A DNA stretch of 64,000 nt from Elusimicrobiota bacterium (GTDB lineage: Bacteria; Elusimicrobiota; Elusimicrobia; UBA1565; UBA9628), in the NCBI GenBank assembly GCA_044450965.1, contig JBIOJO010000011.1:13091-77090 (forward strand). The letters are read 5' to 3'. The notes under the pieces are model-generated. The model saw only the letters and a list, made by a program, of their open reading frames with translations, ran no database searches and was not told where the DNA came from. Every line of letters begins with the position of its first letter. The stretch's first letter is position 1. The position numbers were made by a program, and so were the translations under genes. Of the stretch, positions 54,363 to 64,000 are shown in pieces.

Positions 54363-56571
54363 CGCGTATCCCGAGGAAGAGGGGATGCGGGTCTGGATCG
54401 TGGAGCGCGGCGGCGGGCGGCGCTCCGTGCTGGACGCGTGGCGCCCCGCGTTCCATGTGGGCGGGGATTGCTCGACGCTGAAGAAGGCTCTGCGTCTGCT
54501 GGCGCGCCTTCCGTACCGCGCCGAGACGGGGATGGTCGAGAAAAAAGAGCTGTTCCGCGGGGAAATCCTGCGCGTTCTGGAAATCCGCGTGCCCGTGTTG
54601 GAGCGCGATCCATTGGTCAAGCGGCTGGCCGGAATGGAACTGCCGCTGTACGACGCGGACATGCATTTGGTGCAGGCCTACCATTATGACCGCGGCCACT
54701 TCCCCTTGGCGCTGTGCGGCTTTGAAATCGACGGCGATCGCATGGTCTCCCATGAATTGCGCGACGATCCATGGGCGGTCGATTACGAGCTCCCGCCGCT
54801 GACGACGATGCATTTGTCGTTGACGGGCTCGGAAATAGTCGGCGCGCTGGATCCAAACCATTCTGCGCGAGGAAGAATCGTGCTGTCGATGGACGGCCGC
54901 GCCTACGAGCTCGAGGGCCGCATGGAAGAACAGCTCGAGACCGTGTCTTGTCGTTTGAAAAAATGGGATCCAGATGTCATCACCACGGACTGGGGCGACA
55001 GCGTTCTGATGCCGGAGCTGGACCGGCTCTCGAAAGAACTCCGGGTGCCGTTGAATTTCTCGCGCGAGACGGGACGCGAGATGGCGGGCAAAAAAGAACG
55101 GACCTTTTTTTCGTATGGCCGCGTCGTTTACCAGGGCGGGGCGCGTTATCTGTTCGGGCGCTGGCACCTGGACGTCAAAAACAGCTTCATGATCCAACAA
55201 ACGGACACGGCGGGGCTATTCGAGATCGCGCGGATCGCGAAGATCCCGGTGCAGCGGGCGGCGCGCTGCACGATCGGGACGAGCCTCAGCTCCATGCAGA
55301 TGGCGTGGGCGTGGACGAACGGGATCTTGATTCCGATGGAGAAGCAGCAGGCGGAGGATTTCCGGCCGGCGACGGACCTGCTCATCGCGGACAAGGGCGG
55401 GCTGGTGTATGAGCCGGAGGTGGGCTGGCACCGCGAGGTGGCCGAGTACGACTTCACCTCCATGTATCCGGAGATGATGGTCCAGCGCAACATCTCCCCG
55501 GAGACGGTGAACTGCGGGTGCTGTCCGGAGAATGTGGTGCCGGAGATCGGTCATCACCTCTGTACGAAGCGGCGGGGTCTGGTGCCGTCGGTGCTGGCGC
55601 CCATTCTGGAGAAGCGGGCGAAGTACAAGGCGCTGTACAAGAAAAAAGGCCCGGGCTGGGAGGTTTACAAGGCGCGGGCCGACGCGCACAAGTGGACCTT
55701 GGTGTGCTGCTTCGGCTACCTGGGATTTAAAAACGCGCGCTTCGGGAAGATCGAGGCGCACGAGTGCGTGACGGCGTGGGGGCGGGAGGTGCTGCTGCGC
55801 GCGAAGGACGCGGTGGAGAGGCGGGGCTATCATCTTCTGCACGCGTTGGTGGACTCCATTTGGATCCGGATCGGGCCGGGCGCGGATTTGGAGGAGCTGC
55901 GGCTGGCGATCGAGAAGGAGGCGGAGTGTCCGCTGGCGCTGGAAGGGGTGTACGAGTGGATCCGTTATTGTCCGTCGAAGCAGGACGCGCTGTCCGGGGT
56001 GCCGGGGCGCTACTTCGGGGCGTTCAAGACGGGGGAGTTGAAGATCCGCGGCATCGCCTCAAGACGGCGCGACACGCCGAAGCTGTTTAAGAACATGCAG
56101 GGCGAACTGCTTTCGAAGCTGGCGGGAATTTCACCCGGCGCGGACCTGAAGACCTTGGTTCCCGCCTTGCTGGACATCGTGGAGGATTATCGCCTGCGCG
56201 TGCGCGAGGGGCAGGTCACGGCGGAGGAACTCGCGATTGCGTTCCATTTGTCCCGAGCGCCGGAAGAATATATGCACGACACGGTGTCGTCCACGGCGGC
56301 CAAGCAGCTGGCCGCGTCCGGGGTGACCTTGCACGTGGGGGAGACGGTGAGGTATGTGATCACCAACGCCCGCGACAAGGTGAAGGACTGGCGGTCCAAG
56401 CCATTGGCGCTGATGGAGAACGGGCTGGAGTACGACGTGAAGAAATATTTGGAGCTGCTGGAGCGCGCGGCGCTGGAAATTCTCGACGGGTTGGTGCCAG
56501 CGCCCCCGCCGGCGAAAAAGAACGCGGCGCTCGCGATCCAGGCGTTGGAGTTGCCTTTGATCTGGGGATGA
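54328..56571 (+). CDS. Family-B DNA polymerase, exonuclease motifs replaced (predicted exo-deficient), degenerate motif C
   Basis: Motif A YDFTSMYPEMM; K-x-Y-like GRYFGAF. Motif C reads LVDS instead of DTDS. The Exo I region FDIE aligns to MHLS. N-terminal domain resembles archaeal PolB N-termini. Confidence 0.85.
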   Translation: MPTEKTEGWIFDAYPEEEGMRVWIVERGGGRRSVLDAWRPAFHVGGDCSTLKKALRLLARLPYRAETGMVEKKELFRGEILRVLEIRVPVLERDPLVKRLAGMELPLYDADMHLVQAYHYDRGHFPLALCGFEIDGDRMVSHELRDDPWAVDYELPPLTTMHLSLTGSEIVGALDPNHSARGRIVLSMDGRAYELEGRMEEQLETVSCRLKKWDPDVITTDWGDSVLMPELDRLSKELRVPLNFSRETGREMAGKKERTFFSYGRVVYQGGARYLFGRWHLDVKNSFMIQQTDTAGLFEIARIAKIPVQRAARCTIGTSLSSMQMAWAWTNGILIPMEKQQAEDFRPATDLLIADKGGLVYEPEVGWHREVAEYDFTSMYPEMMVQRNISPETVNCGCCPENVVPEIGHHLCTKRRGLVPSVLAPILEKRAKYKALYKKKGPGWEVYKARADAHKWTLVCCFGYLGFKNARFGKIEAHECVTAWGREVLLRAKDAVERRGYHLLHALVDSIWIRIGPGADLEELRLAIEKEAECPLALEGVYEWIRYCPSKQDALSGVPGRYFGAFKTGELKIRGIASRRRDTPKLFKNMQGELLSKLAGISPGADLKTLVPALLDIVEDYRLRVREGQVTAEELAIAFHLSRAPEEYMHDTVSSTAAKQLAASGVTLHVGETVRYVITNARDKVKDWRSKPLALMENGLEYDVKKYLELLERAALEILDGLVPAPPPAKKNAALAIQALELPLIWG

Positions 56572-56623
56572 CGGCCGCCCGCCCTCGCCTCTCCGGCCTA
56601 AACCTGTTAAACTTCCTCTCGAC

Positions 56624-56698
56624 GGGCCGTTAGCTCAGCGGTAGAGCGATCCCCTTACACGGGAAAGGTCGGGGGTTCGATCCCCTCACGGCCCACCA
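56624..56698 (+). tRNA. tRNA-Val (anticodon TAC), CCA encoded
   Basis: Manual cloverleaf: acceptor GGGCCGT/ACGGCCC, D-arm GCTC...GAGC, anticodon loop CUUACAC, T-loop TTCGATC, 3' ACCA. Confidence 0.85.
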
Positions 56699-56706
56699 GT
56701 TTTGGC

Positions 56707-57150
56707 TTAAGGCAGGATGATCTTGGACTTCGGCGCGCCGACGGTCAGGACCTCGACGTCGAACTCCAGGACCTTGCCGGCGAGCGGATGATTGAGGTCG
56801 AGCATGACGTCTTCCAGCGAGATCTCGCGGACCACCGCGCGGAACGGGCCGTCCGGGCCCTCGCCCTGCACCACGGCGCCCACGGCCAGGTCGGGAAGGT
56901 GCGCCAGGGCCTGGCGCGGGGCCTTGATCAGCAGTTCAGGGTGGAGCTCTCCGTAGCCTTCGGCGGCTTCCACGCGGATGTGGCGCTTCTCGCCCTCTTT
57001 CGCGCCGGCCAGACCGGCCTCGATGCCGGGGACCAGCATGCCCTCGCCCTGCACGTACTGAAGGGGCTCGCGGCCCGACGAAGTGTCAACCACCGCTCCA
57101 TCCACCGTCAACGTGTAATGCATGCTGACCTTCGAGCCCGCTGCGATCAT
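56707..57150 (-). CDS. FKBP-type peptidyl-prolyl cis-trans isomerase (SlyD-like)
   Basis: FKBP fold sequence with an inserted IF-domain-like region; 147 aa. Confidence 0.85.
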   Translation of the reverse strand: MIAAGSKVSMHYTLTVDGAVVDTSSGREPLQYVQGEGMLVPGIEAGLAGAKEGEKRHIRVEAAEGYGELHPELLIKAPRQALAHLPDLAVGAVVQGEGPDGPFRAVVREISLEDVMLDLNHPLAGKVLEFDVEVLTVGAPKSKIILP

Positions 57151-57175
57151 GGAAATGTCTCCTGATGCGACTTGT

Positions 57176-57430
57176 TTAGTGCCCCTCGGGCTTCGCGGCG
57201 GGAGGGAGGGTTTTCTTCAGCTCTTCGAGGCGCACCTTCGTCTCGGCCAGGTGCTGCTCGACGGACGCCAAATATTTTTTCGCGTAGTGCCCCTGGATGT
57301 CGTCGGGCTTGTAGTACGGGATCTCGAACTTGAGATTCTCCGCGGTCTGCTGCAGCCCCGCGCACAGGCGCTCCAGATAATCGGCCAGCTTGAGGGGGTC
57401 GGTGGGCTCCACGGCGGCATTGTCCCACAT
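57176..57430 (-). CDS. Small hypothetical protein (84 aa)
   Basis: C-terminal part of a long track ORF, trimmed to MWDNAAVEP; helical. Confidence 0.35.
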   Translation of the reverse strand: MWDNAAVEPTDPLKLADYLERLCAGLQQTAENLKFEIPYYKPDDIQGHYAKKYLASVEQHLAETKVRLEELKKTLPPAAKPEGH

Positions 57431-57456
57431 CCGGCGCCCGTCGTCAAATGCCCGGG

Positions 57457-57819
57457 TTAGGGGATGTACTTGATCGTGCGCAGTTCGTAGCGCCCGCCCA
57501 TGTTCGCCAGCCGCTCGGCCCGGCGCAGCCCCTTGTACAGGTCGTTGACCTGGATGGTGCTGTCCAGCTTGATGGTGACGATCCCCTGCTCCTTGTCGAA
57601 GTCCAGGACCGCCTTCTGAACCTCGGGCAGCTTCATCCACTCGGCGGCGATGGCCCGCGCGCAGACCGTGCACAGCATGCCTTTCACCCCCACCGAGTAG
57701 CGCCCCGGAGGGAGCTCCGCGTAGGACGGCGGCGCGTCGGCGAAGCCGGCCGCCAGCGCCGTGCCGGCGAGGGTCAGAAGAAGGAGCGGCAGGGCCGGAA
57801 GTTTCATCCCCAGGAGCAT
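57457..57819 (-). CDS. Periplasmic heavy-metal-associated (HMA) domain protein, copper-chaperone-like
   Basis: Signal peptide, then an M-x-C-x-x-C metal-binding motif (GMLCTVCARAI). Confidence 0.6.
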   Translation of the reverse strand: MLLGMKLPALPLLLLTLAGTALAAGFADAPPSYAELPPGRYSVGVKGMLCTVCARAIAAEWMKLPEVQKAVLDFDKEQGIVTIKLDSTIQVNDLYKGLRRAERLANMGGRYELRTIKYIP

Positions 57820-57866
57820 AGCAGGCGCGATGGCGCCCGTCCAGAGGATTTGATAAACTCCGCGCC

Positions 57867-59273
57867 GTGGAACTCTTCGGTCGCGCGACGTGGCTTATGT
57901 TCGCGGCCGGCGCATTGCCCACGGGCCTGGCCGGCTGGTGGATCGGCAGCCGCGCCGGCGCGTCGTCGCCTTGGGTCCTGGGCCTGATCGCCCTCTCGTC
58001 GGTGTTCTTCTCCGTGGGCGCGTCCCTTTTGGCGTGGCGCTGGTTCGTCGCGCCCCTGCGAGAGCTGGAGCGGGGGCTTGAGCGCTGGACCCACGGCGAC
58101 CTGTCCACCCCCCTGGACGAGGACAAGATGTCCGGCTGGCAGGGCCTGGCCCGGCAGTTCTCGCGCGCCCAGATGGACCTCCAGCGCAGCCTGGAGGACG
58201 CCAAGGCCGAGCTGGCCATCGAGCGCGCGCGCATGCAGACGCTCATCGAGAAGATCCCCGACGCCCTGATCATGACCAACATGCGCGGGGAAGTGGTCTT
58301 CCTGAACGCCGCCGCCATGTTCGTGCTGAACGCCAAGCCCGCCGACGTCCGCGCCGGCGGCCGCGCCCTGTTCAGCCCGCTGCAGCCGGAGAAATGGCGG
58401 ATGCCCGTGCAGGAGATATTGAAGAAGCATTCCGCCGGCCTGCCGGTCGAGATCTCCGGCGTGGACGAAGCCGTCTTCACCTACCGCACCGTCGTCACCA
58501 TGTTCAACGACGCGTCCACCGGGGATTTCGGCGTCCTGGTCATGCTGCGCGACGTGACCGCGGAGCGGCGTCTGGACGCGATGAAGGAGGAGTTCTTCCA
58601 ATCCGCCGCGCACGACCTGCGGGCCCCCCTGTTCGCCATCCAGGGCTACCTGCGCCTGCTGAAGAAGTCCCTGATCCTGGACGAGCGCCAGACCGGCTGG
58701 TTCGGCTCCATCGACCAGTCCTGCGAGAAGCTGACCTTGCTGGTGAAGGACGCCCTGGATTTCGCGCGCATCGAGAACGGCTACCTGCGCCTGTCGCCGA
58801 CCCCCGTGGACCCGCGCGCCCTGGTGCGCCGCGCCGTCAATCTCTTCCATCCTCTGGCCGACGAGCGCGGGCTGGTCCTGGAGGTGCGCATCGACGCCGA
58901 CGCGCCGGCCGCCTTCGAGGCCGACGAGCGCCTGATCGAGCGCATGCTGCACAACCTCCTGGGCAACGCGCTGAAATTCACCCCGCGCGGCGGCCGCGTG
59001 GTGGCCCAGGTCTCCTCCCGGGGCGATCTGATCGAATTCTCCGTCGAGGACGACGGCCCCGGCATACCCGAGGCCCAGCGCGCCGTCATCTTCGAGCGCT
59101 TCCGCCAGCTGGAGACGGCGGGCCCCAAGTCCGGCTTCGGGTTGGGACTGTCCATCTGCGCCAAGATCGTCAAACTGCACCGTGGCGTCATCTGGGTGGA
59201 GCCGGGCCCGTCCGTCGGCTCCCGTTTCGTCGCGCGCCTGCCGCTCTCGCAGCACTCCAAGGAGAATGACTGA
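57867..59273 (+). CDS. Sensor histidine kinase (TM, HAMP, PAS-like, HisKA, HATPase_c)
   Basis: H-box FFQSAAHDLRAPL; N/G boxes LGNALKFT, GFGLGLSI; GTG start. Confidence 0.9.
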   Translation: MELFGRATWLMFAAGALPTGLAGWWIGSRAGASSPWVLGLIALSSVFFSVGASLLAWRWFVAPLRELERGLERWTHGDLSTPLDEDKMSGWQGLARQFSRAQMDLQRSLEDAKAELAIERARMQTLIEKIPDALIMTNMRGEVVFLNAAAMFVLNAKPADVRAGGRALFSPLQPEKWRMPVQEILKKHSAGLPVEISGVDEAVFTYRTVVTMFNDASTGDFGVLVMLRDVTAERRLDAMKEEFFQSAAHDLRAPLFAIQGYLRLLKKSLILDERQTGWFGSIDQSCEKLTLLVKDALDFARIENGYLRLSPTPVDPRALVRRAVNLFHPLADERGLVLEVRIDADAPAAFEADERLIERMLHNLLGNALKFTPRGGRVVAQVSSRGDLIEFSVEDDGPGIPEAQRAVIFERFRQLETAGPKSGFGLGLSICAKIVKLHRGVIWVEPGPSVGSRFVARLPLSQHSKEND

Positions 59274-59274
59274 T

Positions 59275-59865
59275 ATGAAGACCCTCGCCGCCTCGCCCAA
59301 CGCCGTGATGGCCGACGCCTTTCTGCCCGCGGGCGCGTTCGCCGACGGATTAGCCGTCGTCGTGGCCAGCGTGTTCGTGGCCGCCTGCTCCCAGATCGAG
59401 ATTCACCTGCCCTTCACGCCCGTTCCGATCTCCGGGGGAACCTTGGGAGTGCTGTACGCCGGCGCCCTTCTGGGCTCCCGCCGCGGCGCCATGGCCGTCG
59501 CCCTGTATCTTCTTGAGGGCGCGGCGGGCCTGCCCGTGTTTTCGGGCGGCGCGGCCGGCTTCGCGCACCTGCTGGGACCCACGGGCGGCTACCTGCTGGG
59601 CTTCCCGGTCGGCGCTTTCGCGGCCGGACTGCTGGCCGAGCGCGGCTGGGACCGCACCCCGCTGCGCGCGTTCGCGACCATGCTGGCCGGAAGCCTCCCC
59701 ATTTTCGCGCTGGGCCTGATCGGCCTGTCGCGCTTCCTCCCGGCCCGCGCCCTGCTGGGGGCCGGCCTGTGGCCGTTCGTGCCCGGCGACCTGATCAAGG
59801 CCGCCGCGTCCGCCGGCCTGCTTCCGTTCGGCTGGAAGCTGATCGGAAAACGCCGCAAGTTTTAG
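59275..59865 (+). CDS. bioY: Biotin transporter BioY (ECF S-component)
   Basis: ~196 aa, 5-6 TM; BioY-like sequence. Confidence 0.8.
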   Translation: MKTLAASPNAVMADAFLPAGAFADGLAVVVASVFVAACSQIEIHLPFTPVPISGGTLGVLYAGALLGSRRGAMAVALYLLEGAAGLPVFSGGAAGFAHLLGPTGGYLLGFPVGAFAAGLLAERGWDRTPLRAFATMLAGSLPIFALGLIGLSRFLPARALLGAGLWPFVPGDLIKAAASAGLLPFGWKLIGKRRKF

Positions 59866-59913
59866 CGGAAGTCGCGCCTTGCCGGTCCTCGGGAGCCTGC
59901 GACCAAATCGGGG

Positions 59914-59942
59914 TTGACAGGCCATGTACGGTCCGCTACACT
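59914..59942 (+). promoter_or_regulatory. Sigma70-like promoter TTGACA-N17-TACACT upstream of the CHASE2 kinase gene
   Basis: Consensus -35 and near-consensus -10 with 17-nt spacing, ~45 nt upstream of the ATG at 59986. Confidence 0.4.
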
Positions 59943-59985
59943 GAGCCCGAATTGACGAATACGACAAGGACCCGCGACACTCATA

Positions 59986-62981
<2,996 letters not shown>

Positions 62982-62985
<4 letters not shown>

Positions 62986-63797
62986 GGACCAAAGACGCCG
63001 TGGACGTGGCCGGCGCGACGGACCCGGGCTGCGTGCGCAAGAACAACGAGGACAATTTCGCCGTCGAGCCCGACCTGGGCCTGCTGATCGTGGCCGACGG
63101 CATGGGCGGCCACAACTCCGGCGAGGTCGCCGCGGACATCGCCGTCAAGACCGTCGTGGATTTCGCGCGCAAGATGCTGGGCGGCGCGAAGCAGATGGTC
63201 CCGGAGGGCAGCGCGGGCCTGTCCCCGCGCGGGCGCCAGCTGGAGTATTTCGTCAAGACCGCCAACACGATGATCTACGAGAAGGGCCGCGCGTTTCCGA
63301 AGGACGCCGGCATGGGGACGACCTTGGTCGCGGCGATGGTGGACGCGAAATCCGTGACCGTCGCCCACGTGGGCGACAGCCGTCTCTACCTGTGGCGGCG
63401 CGGGGAGCTGATGCAGCTGACCGAGGACCATTCCTTGGTCGGGGAGCAGGTGAAGCGCGGGCAGATCACCGCCGACGAGGCCGCGCGCTCGAACCTGCAG
63501 AACATCCTGACGCGCGCGCTCGGCGCGGAGGGCGACGTGCAGGTGGACGTGGCCGAGCATCCGCTTTTCCCGGGAGACGTCGTCCTGCTGGCGACCGACG
63601 GGCTTTCGAAGATGGTTCCCGACGCGGACGTCGCCGCGGTCATCGCCGGCGGGGCGGAGCCGCGGGCGGTCGTGGACGAGCTGATCGCCCGGGCGCGCGC
63701 CGCGGGCGGAGTGGACAACGTGACGGTGCTGGTCGCGCGCGTTCCATCGCGCGACTCCGGAGTCAAGGGGATCGTCTCGCGCCTGTTCGGGCGCTGA
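62982..63797 (+). CDS. PP2C-family Ser/Thr protein phosphatase
   Basis: ADGMGGH and DGLS metal-binding motifs; ATGA overlap with the kinase gene. Confidence 0.9.
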
Positions 63798-63813
63798 GGT
63801 CGAGGAGAATTCG

Positions 63814-64000
63814 ATGCCGAAGATGCTTTTGAAGTTCAACGCGGCGGTGATCAAGGAGATCCCTTTCGAGAAGGACGCCTTGTCCGTCGGCCGCAAGCCG
63901 GACAACGACATCGTCATCGACAATCCCGCGATCTCCGGGCATCACTGCCGGATCTCCGTGCAGGGCGGCACCTATTTCGTCGAGGATCTGGAGTCCACCA
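63814..64000 (+). CDS. FHA-domain protein, 3'-truncated by window edge
   Basis: Typical FHA N-terminus (SVGRKPDNDIVIDNPAISGHHCRI). Confidence 0.7.
   Translation, partial: MPKMLLKFNAAVIKEIPFEKDALSVGRKPDNDIVIDNPAISGHHCRISVQGGTYFVEDLEST

Overview
High-GC (~68-70%) bacterial chromosomal segment with Gram-negative-type envelope genes (TonB-dependent receptor, OM beta-barrel protein, many lipoproteins). Dense coding, with many 4-nt ATGA stop/start overlaps that indicate translationally coupled operons. Main blocks, in order: (1) the 3' end of uraH, facing a Mo-hydroxylase (xanthine-dehydrogenase-family) operon on the minus strand, ordered large subunit, 2Fe-2S subunit, FAD subunit, then a 450-aa unknown protein; (2) a ~1.3-kb AT-rich island (~45% GC) encoding a secreted protein and the 5' sensor part of an 'inverted-topology' Ser/Thr kinase; (3) a cytochrome c, a pilin-like gene, a DCC-thiol-oxidoreductase/LMF1 fusion, a lytic transglycosylase; (4) a 9-gene arginine-biosynthesis operon argR-argG-DUF1611-argC-argD-argF'-argB-argE'-argH with an ARG box upstream of argR; (5) a TonB-dependent receptor, cbpA-cbpM, a TPR protein and the M3 peptidase Dcp; (6) a divergent array of four paralogous lipoprotein-anchored caspase-like (C14) peptidases, one carrying a Cys-to-Gly change in the catalytic motif, next to a P-type ATPase; (7) membrane/TPR proteins, a secreted ankyrin-repeat protein, and a Rrf2(NsrR-like)-nirK-DUF1858-NnrS-like module; (8) an HAD dehalogenase and an HTH-NTase/HEPN toxin-antitoxin pair next to tRNA-Asp; (9) an MFS transporter and secreted proteins; (10) a predicted SOS-regulated cassette: a Cheo-type LexA box (CGAACAGATGTTCG) inside a TTGACA-N17-TAAGCT promoter, driving an ImuA/SulA-like RecA-fold gene, a 95-aa gene and a family-B DNA polymerase with exonuclease motifs replaced and a degenerate motif C, followed by tRNA-Val; (11) FKBP, an HMA-domain protein, a histidine kinase, BioY, and a CHASE2-Ser/Thr kinase + PP2C + FHA module. 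No CRISPR arrays, transposases or integrases were found. I consider the LexA-box/ImuA-like/PolB cassette and the caspase-like lipoprotein array the most likely undescribed systems here.
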